A DNA stretch of 63,406 bases, filler included, from Choristocarpus tenellus KU-1152 (GCA_964200185.2; 9 parts of 9 records of this genome joined end to end with filler, not necessarily neighbours in it); one strand, 5' to 3'. Counted from the first letter of the whole stretch, positions 47,696-61,966 are shown. Numbers and translations: made by a program. Notes: generated by a model not told the origin, from the sequence alone.

Positions 47696-48028
47696 TTCCT
47701 GCCTCGTTTCACGAGTGTTGGGTTTGCTGCACTCCCACCACTATCATCCCTCCATCTCCTCCCTCAAATCTTGGGCTGAACCTGCCCTTAAGTTGCCACC
47801 TCGGTTTTGTGGGGCCGTCATTGTCATTCACGGCTCGAAAAGGTATTTCTTTTGCACCCCAACATGTTGCACATCCTTGTTCCTGCCTCGTTTCACCACA
47901 CACTCCCAACACTATTATCCCTCCATCTCCTCCCCCAAATCTTGGGCTGAATCTGCCCCGACGTAGTCCCCTCGGTTTGGTCGAGCCACTTTTGTCGTGC
48001 ACGCATCGAAAAGGTACTAACTTTCCTT
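47696..48028. repeat. Tandem duplication with ~183-bp period
   Basis: GTTCCTGCCTCGTTTCAC..CCCTCCATCTCCT..AAATCTTGGGCTGAA..TCGAAAAGGTA occurs twice. Confidence 0.85.
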
Positions 48029-48102
48029 AACTGGCACACAATCTTTTACCTATTCACTTGAAATTAGATCTAAAATTGAAAATAAAATTTTCTTAAAATA
48101 TA

Positions 48103-48175
48103 TGGAGAATGTGGGTATCGATCCCACTACTTCTTCCATGCTAAGGAAGCGCTCTACCATTTGAGCTAATCCCCC
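48103..48175 (-). tRNA. tRNA-Ala(AGC)
   Basis: GGGGGAT TA GCTC AAATGGTA GAGC G CTTCC TTAGCAT GGAAG AAGTA GTGGG ATCGATA CCCAC ATTCTCC A. Full cloverleaf, G3:U70 identity pair, T-runs downstream. Confidence 0.96.
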
Positions 48176-51100
48176 ATACATATGTAGAGTTAGATTGATG
48201 TATGTAAATCGTCAAGTAATCGTTATTTTCGTTAAAAAACTGTAACACAGAAAACTTGAATCGTGGTTTGGTAACCTTCAAAACTCCAAGTCAAGGCTAG
48301 AAGAGGAAGAGGATATCTGGCACAGTAAGAAAACTTCCCAGGACATTCGTGGTCGTGGAGTGTACAGAATCTAGCCATCAGCTGACAATGAACCTGATGG
48401 AGTTGAGAGTCTGCCTGGGTGGTGATGAGGTAAGTTGAACAAATTAGTATCATGTCATCGATCCTCGAGTGCACAGTTTAATAAACCTTACCCTCCATGC
48501 TCGGTACCACACATGGAATAATCACGCATAAACAAACATACTTTGTGTGCCTATTCTCCACTTCTGTCCCATTTTTATCTTTAATCACAATTCCATAAGC
48601 ACAGCAATGAAACATTAACAAAATCGCATTAGTTTGTCCTGCAGAGTACTCCATATGTCCCAATGACACACCACCATTCCAACCACATATTCTGTCCAGT
48701 TCATTGGTGTACTCTCGAGCTTTTGTGTCAAGTTCGGACTAGCTGTAGAGGCACACGGTTATATCACAGACATATATATATGAAGTTTGTGTATGTTTTC
48801 CATGACACCTTTACACTGTTATAATATACACAAGGAATACACACATTGAAATCAGAACGGAAGGAAGCAAGGGTATCCGCAGCAAGTGTGATATGATGTA
48901 GTGTATTGTCGTTGGCACAGGTAAAAAGCCACTCACCTGACGGTCTTGTAGTCTTTGAAGGGGACAATGGGGAAAGGAGTGCTTGCTGTGGTCGTTTCCC
49001 ATCCATACGAATAATCTAAACACTTACATGGTCTTCATCAAGCTTGGCCAGGAGTGGTAGGTAAGTCACAGTGGGTATGATCTCTTAAATCAGCTAGAAT
49101 GATCTCCTGTACATAGTAGGATGTCAAGCAATGGGTGAACGCACAGTGTGGTAAGGCTCTTTAAAAGGGAGAAAAGGAGGAAATAATTAGAAGGAGAGAG
49201 GGATGCAGGTCTTTGATGGCAATTCCTGATATGGTTCCATGATGGACTCACATCAGTAGGGGTAGATATCTTCTAGTTCAAAGGAATGGTATGAAATGGA
49301 TGATGAAGGGGCGTTCTTGGATGATTGTGTGGAGTGGTGTTGAGCAGTGTGGGGGAGTGGAGAATGGGGGAAAGTGTTGGGGGGATGAGTGGTGTTGAAT
49401 AGTGTTTTGAAGTGGCAAGTGGGGGAAAGTCTTGTGGGGGGGAGTGGTGTTGAATGGTGTGGTGGAGTGGTAAGTGGTGTGGGTTTAAGTGGGGTTGAAG
49501 GGTGGGGTGGTGACTGGAAATCAGTGGTTAAGGGGTTGCATTGGTTGGTCATCGGATGTGGTTGGTGACTGGAAATCAGTGGCGAAGGGAGTTCGTATTG
49601 GTTGGTCATTGCATAGGGGGGGGTGACTGGAAATCAGTGGTGAAGAGGTGGCACTGGTTGATGACAACTGGTAGTACAATGGGGAGGAGGGGAATGGGTG
49701 GAATGCAAACAGAGAATAAAATATGAATAACCCGGAATTCATGAGGAAAAGGGTTAATTACCATTCTATCATTCTTACTACTACTACTTTACGTATCATT
49801 GAAGTACTCAAACTGACATCATCGATTTAATAACCTCTTTTTCTAAATCCCGCCAAATCGAAATGATAATGATCCTATCTGCAAAATGTCAGAGGGCATA
49901 ATAATATAAATAAAATAATGATCCTCCGTGATATTTTGCACACAAATCATTTTTTTGTATTATTTTTTAATGTTTTTATAACACGTATGTACAATACTAT
50001 AGTATGGCAATTGTGTTAGTACAGTATGATCATGATATTAATTGAAAATGTTAGTGGGGAATAGAGTATTGTTTAACTAATATTAACAAGGTGGTATATA
50101 TTTCTGTCTCTTGAAGATCACTTATCCTAAGACCCAAGTCCAACCCCTGATGACGAGTGAGTGATGAGGTATGCTGTTGCGTAAAGCACAATAGTAGTCA
50201 ACGAAGAATTCAGATACATTCTACCTCACTGATATCTTCTTCTGTCTTACATCAGACAAATTTGCTGATTACTACTTCTCAATTCTATGGTTAAGAGTAG
50301 GAGTTAGCCTCACACAAACCTTTTTGTTGACGTCGTACATTGGTGGTGGAGTGTTGTGAGTGTCTGGGGTATGAGGAGCTGGTGGGACAAGGTAAAGGGA
50401 AGGCGACGACGAACCACTGCCACACCCACACTGCTTTTGTGCGTACTCCGCTTGAACCTTTGCCGTGCTTTCCTGGGGGAAGTGGGAAAGTTGCCAGCGT
50501 TCTTAGTGTCCCCTTTCCCCCTCGTCAGCCAATGCCGAGTCAAGGGTAGTCGATCTCAACTTGCAGACACCCTACAGATTGAAGCACCATCCACGCTTAG
50601 TCGACCCTTGCCGAGGAGGGCATCTCGATCAACCAACGGACTGAATGAGCAGGTACATGTAACAGTAGCTGCAGTTCAAGAGGGTAGCTGGCACATCGTC
50701 CTGTAGATCAGGCAACCTCGAGTCCGAGTTGTCCGCAAAAATTGGGTTGTACAGCTTATCTGTACCACCCGGTGCAGGTCGTTGGCTCAATCGTCGTCCG
50801 TATTTCAGGCAATCAAAAGGAAGTGAGGATAGGAATTAATCTATTGTTGCAGAGGAGCCTTCGGGATAGCACTTTGACTAGGAACTCACACCTCTGTGCG
50901 TAGTATTTCCACCGGCGGTATAACATGTGTAGTGGAGTTAGAGGTCGTGCAGAGGGAAAAAATCGAATTATTTCGATTACTCTCATCAGTTGAAACAGAT
51001 AGTGGACACTGCTGTGTGATTAAGGCTGTCTTGAGGGATCAGGAATTTAATGGACGCACGCACAGAGTATCGTTATGCCGAGCATCGTATGCTGTTGTTT

Positions 51101-51592
51101 CATTTGACTGTAAATAGATTAGGCGGACCGAGTGTGTTTGCAATGATGCACTGTAAGGATGTCCGATACTCGTTTGAAGAAAGCGCTCGAGAAAAATATG
51201 TTAGGGAAAGTAGGCAGTGCTCACTCTTCTATCGCGATTACTACTTAGACATCCACCTCGCACAGCACTGATGACCACCATAAAGCAGCCATGGTCATAC
51301 ACCCCCAACAACATTCAGCGCTGACCTCTCCTTTTTCCCTAAAAATGAAATCGATGAGATGGGTCGACCCGTAAGCTACCCGACACCTTACCGTGATGAC
51401 ACATTTAAAACTTCATATAGTCACCTCTCTTGCTTTCTCACAGTTCTCTGGGCAGCTTATTACAAACGATAATCCACAGATTCGATCGGAATAAGCCATG
51501 CACTTAATCTGCCTCCCCCCCTGCCCCCCTCCCCCCCCAAAAAAAACTTCCATCAGGGGCAGCGCCCTCTGCCTCACCCGCCTGTTCCACCA

Positions 51593-51734
51593 ATGGAGAC
51601 TGTGGACCTACAGTTGACGACCTTCAATCTCCTAGCTCCATGCTACAAGAGAATGAGACCCGACATGTTGCCGCCAGGTTCTACACCCCCCCCCCTGACA
51701 GCAGCGAAGGTCTTGACCACGGGTGGGGGGGAGG
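51593..51734 (+). CDS. Endonuclease/exonuclease/phosphatase-family protein, first exon, truncated by a spacer
   Basis: METVDLQLTTFNLLAPCYKRM matches the T(F/Y)N(I/L)LAP-YKR N-terminal EEP strand, as in plant EF-hand EEP proteins. Confidence 0.7.
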
Positions 51735-52064
51735 NNNNNNNNNNNNNNNNNNNNNNNNNNNNNNNNNNNNNNNNNNNNTTAATTAATTAANNNNNNNNNN
51801 NNNNNNNNNNNNNNNNNNNNNNNNNNNNNNNNNNATTTGAAATGTCAGCAAAAAAAGAGTTGTTTGACCGAAACGGACGCCCCCTCAAAAACCACCCCCC
51901 CACCTCCCCAGATACTTTGACCCTTTATCTAGTCGTTATGCTGACATATGTTTGTTGTGCACATCTGTTAGGTCCTTTCTGTATACCCCAATCAAAGCAA
52001 TAAAGTGGATAGTCGAAGTGAGAGATCCAACACATTTGATGATATTTCTATTTTGGCGTCCTAC

Positions 52065-52340
52065 GAGTGAAATTATCTTAGAGGGTATGAGTTTTTCCCT
52101 GTTTGTGCATTTGGGGCTTGACTGCCCATGGTTTTTTAATGGCATTTTACCTACTCCGAAATATTTCGGAGTAGGTAAAATGTGTACATTATGAAAAGGA
52201 GTGTCTGGAACAAGGACATTGACATCTCCTAAAAAAAATATATATATATATATATATATAGCGAAAATTACGTCAAAATTACAACATTTGATTTTGTCTC
52301 CCAAAAGGACGCGACTCTACCCTCTAAGATACTTTGGCTC
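52065..52340 (-). mobile_element. MITE family 1
   Basis: TIRs, TSD CTAC/CTAC, perfect 40-bp palindrome 52143-52182, internal (TA)n expansion. Confidence 0.95.
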
Positions 52341-52399
52341 CTACACAATCCTCGTGTTCAACCAATAGGCTTGTGGATTGGAGCTGCACACATCCTATC

Positions 52400-53665
52400 A
52401 TGGTATGCTTGTGCAACGTTTTGTAACATGACATTTACCAAATAACACAGATGGGAAGAGAGGGACCAGGAGTTGAACTAGGCAATTTGTTTATCATCCA
52501 TCTCACTCAGATACGTGGCTAGCATTCATGCACCTGAGCTCTCAATTGTGCTGGTCATGTAGGCTTGGATAAATTCATCCCTGTTGGAGTCCCTAGTGGG
52601 ACAAAAATAATTGGGTCTGGAGTCAGTTCCAAGGACATGGGCTGGTTGCCCTGGGGTGGTGCAGCAAAGGTCTTATCCATGTTCAGTACCATGCATACCT
52701 CGTATTGTTCCGTCGCTAGTTGCTGAAAAGCAGCTATAGCAGTGGAGTTTATCCCCCTTGTGGAAATAGATGTGTCATCCAGGAAGGTTGCACTGGGTCA
52801 ACTGAAGAGCTCTTGTTGTGGCCATGCAAAATAGGAGGGGGCCAAGGGAATCTCCTTGTTGTGGTACTGACCTTGATGTATCTTCATCCCTCCCTCATCT
52901 AGGGGAAAAGAAGTTCACCAGTGCCTCCTTTTACCTTGGACGCATAGGGTAGGATTCCTAGTAGATTATCAGGAAGAGGTTCGATGAAGGCCCAGTGACG
53001 CATACTGTTGAAGGCGTTTTGCCCTCTAGGCTAATGGCCCATTGCCACGCTCATCTCCTAGGAGAGTAATCAGTAGGGCACGCTCAACCCCATTTGGGGC
53101 CCCTCCACCAAATTGCCCCATTCCTCCGAAGTGTTCCTCAAGATAGGGGCGTCAGTTTACACAGAAGGTTGAAGCACATGCTCTCCAAAACAAGAGTCCC
53201 AGGAGACTGACCAGCACTTCTCCCTAATTTCAGAAAGCCTGGAAGCAGTGTGGAGTTTCCAAACCTCAAGAGGTGCAGAGTCTGGGGAGGTATAGGCAAG
53301 CTCCTATACCTTAGCAAACGCCTCCGCCACTCCTTCTTGGCAAACATCTGTCGTAATGGCCCATCGGATATGCCTGGGGCGCATTCCGTGAGGGCATGGG
53401 TTCAGAATTGCTGTTCGCTCGCATGAAAGTAATTCGGAGGGAAGTGGGGGTATACTCCACTTCTGGGAGGAAATACTATTGTTCACCAGACCCTGTTTTC
53501 ATTGCTACTCTGTTCTTACCTTCCATTATCGCCCGCCTGAGCTCATGCGGGTTCACATTCGGGTGCTTGGGAACCAATACCCTGGACGTCTCGTCTGTCC
53601 CTGGAGCTCTGGTCTGTGCTAGAAGAACACTCACCCCCTCGGAGATACCTCCATGGTGTTGACCA
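52400..53665 (-). mobile_element. CRE-like non-LTR retrotransposon reverse transcriptase pseudogene
   Basis: Ordered motifs PHGMRPRHIR, GQFGGG..GVER, NAFNS, GDSLGPLLFCMA, FLDD and LNMDKT..LGTP, with frameshifts. Confidence 0.85.
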
Positions 53666-53750
53666 AGTGCTACGACCCGTTACTAGCGGGATTTGAGGTC
53701 ATCTCCTTGGGGCTCCCAGTGTCTCCTAGTCCTCTGGGATCGTTATAGTA

Positions 53751-54009
53751 GAACCAAAGTATCTCAGAGGGTAGAGCCGTGTCCATTTGGGGGGCAAAAT
53801 CCAATATTGCGATTTTGATGTAATTTTGGCTATCGTGTTTGTTAGGAAGCGTCAATATCTATGTTTCGGACACACCTTTTTCATAACGTATACATTTTAC
53901 CTACTCCTAACATTGTGGAGTAGGAAAATGTCATTAAAAAAAACATGGGAAGCCAAGCCCAATATGGACAAACAGGGCAAAATCCGTACCCTCTAAGATA
54001 CTTTCACTC
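53751..54009 (+). mobile_element. MITE family 1
   Basis: TIRs and body present, flanks do not match. Confidence 0.92.
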
Positions 54010-57000
54010 TATTTTGGCCTTTACCACATCAACTACTCATGAGTATTTGGTTAAATGTACATTTTCCTCCTTTTGATGGGGAGGGCTTACGGGACTGAGG
54101 TGCATTGCTGCCTGATTTTGCCCCTCTCTAACTAAACCCCAAGAACAAAACACTAGCCAGCACACAAAGCAAAGTATAACTGTGGAGGAAGAAATTAAAT
54201 GTTCACCACCGCCTGTCTCAATGTAGGAGGGTTGTTATTTTTGTTGTTAGAGAGATTGAAGACTAGATCTTCAAACTCTTCAGCAATATTGTTGAATGAT
54301 CATGATGCTAATACTGTCTATGCTAACCCATAGTCTGCCGTGCGTCTATACTGCAAGGGACTTCCAATGCATGCCCATCAATCTATAATCCCTAACCTTG
54401 TCGAATAGCCTGTTGCCTACATCACCCCCCCTTTCCTTTCTTGGTGTCAGGTACTTCCCCAACTCATACCCCTTCATGTGCGGGCAATACACGGGACAAG
54501 ACATTACCAATTCTACCCTGAAGAACTTGTATAGCTGCAGTGGAGACATCTACAGCGTATCTGGGTAAGTTTTTTATGTGTGAGAACAGCACCTCTGTGC
54601 AGCAGTAGTGGTGTGCACGACAAAATTGCTGAGGTGTTACATTCTTCCTGGTGAGAGTGTCGCCCTTTCTACTGTTTACGAGTACTTACCCTATACTTTG
54701 CTATGGGTTTTTGTTGTGTGGCCCTTACAAATGGCCAGGTTTAGGGTGCATTACCACATTCTGATACTTTACCATGTGCAATGTGTATATCTGGGTACGG
54801 CTTCCTCTCTAAGGGATGCGACAATGTTGTGATTTAAGTCGCCCTCTTTTAGTAAGGAACCTGTATCCTGTACTTGAGGTAAGTACAGTCCCTCTCCCCG
54901 AAATCGAAGCACTTTGACCTTTAGGTACTTTGTCTTCGTTTCAGACATAATTTCAGTTGTTCTCCCTGCGTTTCAAGCATTGCTAGTATACTGTTTGTAC
55001 TCTAGCATAGAGTGCACTATGATCTAATCCTTAGAACACACAAGCACAAGTGCCTCTGCAATCACTATGTCAGTGTGTGTACCAAGTCGTCTGCAACAGA
55101 GTGGCGTATGGTTGAGGATACACAGTACAGCAGACCAAAAGTACAGCCTACATGTTGCTCCGAGCCGTCGGCAAGACACCTTTTCTCTACAACTGGCCCT
55201 TTATACCCCCAACCTCAATCATACATTGCTGGTGCACAATTTCTGAGTGCTGGTCCATCCATACAGCACATCCCATCTGTGCCCCTCCTCCCACCCCACC
55301 CCTGCAGCTTTGAATGTCATGATGAATTGAACAGGAGAATTAACACTAAACAGGTGGTGGTGGTGTTGAAGCAAGACTTGTCTCATGTTTGTGACTAGTA
55401 TACTCCAGACATTGTGAATTCCACTCGCCCCTTTGCACTCTCTGGCCTCCTGCCCATTGCCTACTTTACTTCTCCTATATCATTTGGACTGATTTTACCC
55501 CCCAATTTCTCGCAGCTGACATTCTTGAATGCTTGCCTTGTGGGTGAATCTCTGGACTAGGTATTCTCGAGACGCAACTGAGACCGCCTGTGGCTGCCCC
55601 ATTTGGCCTGATGAGGGCATCAACGCGCCCTCCAGTGGGGAGTGTTATGCCAACAACCAAGTGTGGGAGGCTCTTTCGCTACCCTGGCTTATGTTCCTGA
55701 AGAAGGCTTGCCCTACCTCATGTGAGATTGGGGAGGGGGGAAGGAGTTTAGGATATTCAGGGGCAGGAAGGGGATTATTGTACTCTCCGTGTTTCAGCTA
55801 TGTGATTTTTTTCACAGGTTAGTAAGACTCGTTCAATTTTGCACCTCTCCAGTCACACCAAGTGCTCAATTTATTGTACAGAGTATCGGATGAGTCTGCT
55901 GTTTTTCAGAAAGAAATTGAACTAACCAAGAATTCGCATACACTTTATCATACCTCCAGTCAAATAACAAAATGATGATATCCCAACCCATTCTTGCCCT
56001 CCCCCAGATTCCTTCCCATACGATGATCATTCATCCACATTCGTCTGCAATAATTATGACAAATACAACACCCATGAAGGGACCAACAGCATGAGTTATG
56101 ACATTACCTTCTGCCCGGGCGATTCAGAGATAGCCATGGTCAGCTAGAAGAACAAATGTCAGGGGTGGCCTGTGTGAGTACTGGTGGTGGAGAAATTAAG
56201 TTTTCTCCCCGAGATATTTCAAAATCACTCTGCAAAATTTCTCCCTTCTCAGTAGATTGCACAGACAATCTATGATCATAGGGGTGGTGCCGTGGAGTGT
56301 TTTCTGCATCAACACATGAATTTGGTCTTGGTAATATTGGTTGTGGAGCTGCGGGAAGGGACTTGCATAGAGGAGAAGAGGGAGGAGAGGGAGCACACGA
56401 TATTAACACAACGTGCAGCAATTCTTCCTTGCTGTATTACCACCAAAAAATGAGGGGAGTGACCTCTCCAATACATTTCTGTTCATTGATGAGAGATCCG
56501 ACTCTTCGTTTTTGGCGCAAATCCTGCTGAGGTTGACAGATCTGATCCATGTGACAAGTGGCTGTGTATATCAGCGTCTAAAAGGTGCTTCATTTTCACT
56601 CTCTTTTTTTTTGTTGAATGGTGCTGTTGTTGGGTGGTTGGGTGCATGTACTCGGTGTTGAAGCCCTACTGGTTGACCTGAGTTTCCGGCCGAGTGTCTC
56701 TTTTCCGGTGCACCACTTATTCAGGGTAGAGGATGAAAATAAACCACCGCTTCTCTTGTCCTTTGGATAGTGGCAAGATGAAGCAGGGATATTTTCACAG
56801 CAACATATTGAAAACACAATCCATGAGAGGACGAGGCATGACAAACGAATGATGTCATGCATGTTTTCTGTGTGTGCATGGGACACCAAAGAGTTTTTTA
56901 CTCTTGAGGGGGGAAGGGTTTGATCAAGTTGGCACAGTAGGGGGAACAGGAACAATGCTGTTTGTCATGAAGGTGGACACGTGAGTTGATACAATACTCA

Positions 57001-58837
57001 CTCTGCTTTTTCAGCACTTACCCTTGGTGTTGCTTGTCCTCCTTGAATGTTTTCTGTTGGGCACGAATCCCAATCTATATATACTCCTAAGTACAATATG
57101 TATTTTTGGATGGAGGAGTTGCTGGGCTTATTCTCATTTCACCGGTGGTTGGTACATGGCATTCCTCACACTACAGGTCTGCGTGTTGTACTGTACCCTA
57201 GATCTACGGGAAGCAGTAGCAGCAGAGCCCTGGAGTGCTATGGGGTGTAGCACGGTAGATCGTGCATGCTCTGTCAGCTATTTTTCGACATTTCTTGGTC
57301 AAGATAAATGATTTGGTTAGGAAGTGGACTGCGTTGTGGTTAGCGGAAGATCCAAATCCTTCTCATACCTACCATGATATCCGATAGAGACAGCATCTTG
57401 CTTGTTGTAGCCAGGTGACTGGTGTACACAGCACAATCATGCTGGTAGTGTTTTTATTATTGATGTTGCTGCAGTTTCTGCTTGTGTGTTTCATTCCATC
57501 TGTTTGTTCAAGTACGTGGCACTTCCTATGCCACGCATAAATTCTTGATTGTCAACATGGAGTAATCAATACTGACATAAACGTAAAACATCAATACTGC
57601 TCAGCAAGGCCCCTTTCGGCAATGCTTCAGAGTTTGGCACTCCGTAACACCTCTCAGAAGATGCAGGGGGGGTACCTCTAAAAAGAAGAAAACAACAAGA
57701 AATAGTACCTGATAATGACAAAGAAAAAGGACCGCAACAACACTCTAGAAAATGCGTTCAAAGTAAATTCCCATTAACACAGAGTAACGAACTACTGGTT
57801 CGCCACATTATTTACCAACCTGCCGTCTGCTTTGGGATGAAATCCCCCCCCTAGGTTAGCTGGCCTCTCGCCTCCTCATATATTCACCTTCTGGTTCAGA
57901 TCTTAAAAAAAATCCTCGTGATGATGCACCAAGCACGTAGGTTACGTGCTTATTTTTATGCACGTATTATTATTGAGTTGGTAGATCTATGTGTCTATAT
58001 GTCGAAAGCTTGTGAAACAATAAAAAAAGATGTAAACACGTACCAACGTACACGGCAACCACTACCATCATTGTAGCATTGCCACATGTCACTACCACCA
58101 CTCTTCCTTAAGTTTTCCCAAGACATTTAGACACGATGAGACAGCCTCCTCCCCAGTTCCCTCCCTCCCCTGATTATAGCTGCACAACACAGGTTAGTCA
58201 ACGAGCCTAGCAAACACCCATCAACGTTAAATAAAATAAAATAAAATAAAACGGCAAATGTGTACGGAAAATAAGACAAGGGAACAAATGTGCCTCGTCA
58301 AGGTGGACGGCACAAACGCATTGGCAGTTGACACTCCCATCGAAAATAACCTACTGCAATTGCAAGCAGTAGTCACTGGGTACCATAATCCACCAGAACA
58401 AAAATGCATTTGGGCTCCTCTACCAACCTTGACGTGTCATCATAGGTACCCACACATCCATGGCGATATTTCACCATGACTGTAGTCCTAGTAAGGATCA
58501 ATGTCCGATCTTACACAAAACACAAATGCAGGAGGTACTAATGGTGGTAACTGTTGATGCATGCTTCACTCCAGCATGCTTTGCTCTGTTAATAGAAAAT
58601 CGTCTTTCCCATTCATGGCACACACCAACTAATATATGCATTTCTTTACTCATGGAATAAATTGTGGAGGGGGGAAGAGGGGGGGATGAAGNNNNNNNNN
58701 NNNNNNNNNNNNNNNNNNNNNNNNNNNNNNNNNNNTTAATTAATTAANNNNNNNNNNNNNNNNNNNNNNNNNNNNNNNNNNNNNNNNNNNNGTGAAAAAC
58801 GGACGCCGGCACCCCCCCCCTCCAGATACTTTGACCC

Positions 58838-59071
58838 AGTTTTGACCTGTTTGTCTGTTTTGGGCTTGGCTTCCCACGTGTTCTTTATGACATTTTAACT
58901 ACTCCGAAATGTTTCGGAGTAGTTAAAATGTGTACCTCTTAAAAAGGTGTGTCCGGAACAAGGTTATTGACACTTCCTAACAAACACGATAGCCAACATT
59001 ACATCAAAATCGCAACATTGGATTTTGACTCCCAAATGGACGCAGCTCTACCCTCTAAGTTACGTTGACTC
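58838..59071 (-). mobile_element. MITE family 1, one end replaced by a family 2-type TIR
   Basis: Body and one TIR are present, abutting CCAGATACTTTGACCC. Confidence 0.88.
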
Positions 59072-61966
59072 AAGTAAATGAACTCCACAACGGCATTCGG
59101 ATGGGCAATGGATCCATTTTCCCAGACTGACAAATATCGCACAATTTCTGGAAGGAAAATATTTTTTCTTTCTATCCCCACAAGTCATTGTACAATGGAT
59201 GAGTCTGTCTCTCAATTCAAGCATGACCATCAGTAGCTTCTTTCCTCTTAAGCGGTGATCAGCACTCCACTAATCCTCCCCAGAACCCTGGCTTGAGTTG
59301 CAAACCTGGTATACCCTTGATAGCTCTCCTTCTATATAGCAATGGCCTACAAAGTTCATCCATACCTTAATAACCCTTATTCCTTCTTACTTCGAAATAT
59401 CTTAATAACATGTTTCACTCAGAGATCGATCATAAGAAAAGTCTTCATTTATAGATATATATTCGTCTCACAACCCCTGCACCTACTTCTTTGAAAAAGT
59501 GGTATTCCTATGTTTAACATGTGAAGAGCAACACCTCTTTTGTGCTCCACCAAAGCATCGTATTTTACTTCTAAACATAGATATAACCTACCTACTCCAA
59601 TTCCAAAGGTGTGTACCCAGTCGCTAGCCTCTCGTATTCGTGTGTTGGAATTGATGCATTGAAATTCACGCGTTGTTTTCTTGTGTGCCTAATGAGCCCA
59701 ATTATGTCATTGACATAACCCCCACGAAATATGTGAGGCATCAACCTCTACTTCCTGGCAATGTGTTGTTGTAAACACAAGGCTCAATTTATGAGTGTGT
59801 CGCCAAATCAAGTCGTATTAGTTCATTTTACATGGGTTTTAATGTATGACGACCTTAGCACAGGTAAGATATTAAAAGAGAGACTTGACGGATACAAATA
59901 TTATTGAAGCAACCCCCTCCTACAGACCCTTTGGTATCACTTTATGGGGATAGAGCGAAAGTGGCGTCCGGACATTGACACGTATCATCATGTGCACGAT
60001 TGTGTCCATAAATTAACACTCTATCCCTACAGGTTACGATATCCGGTAAGCGCACCATAACTCAAGTGAGAAGTGTTATACAAAAAATGAGGGCTTGCAC
60101 ATCAACCACACCTCTATTATCATTTTGATGCTATTTCCCTTCACATTAGTCCAAGGCCTACAGAAATGTCATCAAAAGGTAGCCAGATTAGAAGCTGTAA
60201 CAAAAGCACATAATACTTGGGAGTAAATATACAGAAACAAATATTAAGAAAAGGAAAGAGAAAACGCACAAAAGCACGAAACACAACATAGAAACTCAGA
60301 TCTATCCATCTGAATAACACTCATTGCATCTCCAAAAAAAGTATATAAAATCCAAGAAAAAGAGACCGATGAAGAGATCATAATTTAGCATACCGTAGGA
60401 AAGTAGAGAGAGGGCATCATGCGCCTTAATCCTCTTGAGCTACCTCACCTTCTTTTTTATCTTGGCGTGTATAAGATATCACAACCTATCTAATATTCCA
60501 CTTAATCATTTATCACACACCCGCACTACCTATAGAGGTATGCCTGCCTGCCTTGTACGCCATCTCCCTCAACCGTGATTCCAATCCTTGTGGAAACAAC
60601 CCCAAACTATTTTACCCGTTGGTTGATCTCAGCAGTGAACAATAACAAGGGCATCGCTTAAGGTGCCGCCAAGGTTAACAAGCTTGTCAATCTGCTTGTG
60701 ACTCTGGGGCAAAGACCATATCTGCGTATTGTGTCTCCGGTCATGTTGGGAAGTCAAAGGCACATGGTTTCTGTCCTCAGCCCGGATATAGTTTTACCCT
60801 GATCACTGTATCATGTCATTGACCTGGGCAGACTTCTTTTGGTCTTAGATGCAATACCTGCATCATGAGCGTATATGTTACAGGCGAATAGCACGAGTAT
60901 TTCTTCCCGCGCTTTAACAAGCGCGAGCAGTATACACGCGTGGGGAACCCCAAAAGGGAGAACTCCGATTTGCCAAAAAGTTGCAGAATAAAGTCTGTAA
61001 CTCGGGTAGTTGCAAAGGGTTCCAGATGGAAAGGTCGCAAAGGTTCTCATATATATTCCAATATTTGTAAACCAAAGAAGCCCCAACGGTAAATGATGAT
61101 AAGAGATCCTAAAAACGGCTCCAAACGGCTCAGTTCTTCCGACCCCCAGAGAGCCCTACCTATTTAGTTCTCTCTATTCTGATACGAAACTTTATATACA
61201 TTTCTTATACTGATTGATTCATTTGAGAGTACCCCTGTTCTGCTGAGTTGATGTTCGATAATCTTTGAATTGGACTTGACTTGTACATCCTGGGAAGGTG
61301 AGCATTGAGGGGCGCCTGTAACATATAGTGCACCACGAAAAAAGTTGCCAATCAGGTGTTACCCCACTTCCTGTCGCTGCTTATGGCACAGTTCGACCAA
61401 TCCTTCCCTCCCGTGCATTCCCCAACAGCCACACATAAACAAGATAATATTTCAATAGCATAGTAGAATACTTTTCTTTTTAGTGTTGTGAACTGAGACA
61501 GTTCAATCGGCTTCAGTTCGATTAATCGAAATAACTGAATAACTGACCTGAATAAAATTGAGTCATTTAGTTGTTTTTAAATTACAAGTAGACTAATCGT
61601 GCCTTCTAAACGTTTCGGGCCTCACAGAAGAACCCACGTAATGCCCGTCAGAAGGTGTAACTACCCACGACTCACTACACATTTCAGTGTCAGTGTGACT
61701 CAATTATATTAGTTGTGTGCACATTTGTGAGTAGTGGTTGAATATTTATAATATACATGCTTTTCACAGATAGGGAAAACCTGTGTTTATGTCTACCTAT
61801 AAGAGCTATCTTTTTATCTCAACAACCCTGAGTCGCCTGACAGATAAGCTCAAAATACCACCTAGACTGACCCATGATATGATCTTCAAGAATACATCGG
61901 CGTCGCTTCAGCCACCTTCGAAATGAAACAGAAATATCTTCTCTATCTGTAGATTCTAATGGCGAC

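Noticed and set aside
50161-50233. C/D box snoRNA candidate (GTGATGA..CTGA)
   Set aside because: I recognise no rRNA-complementary guide, and such boxes occur often by chance.
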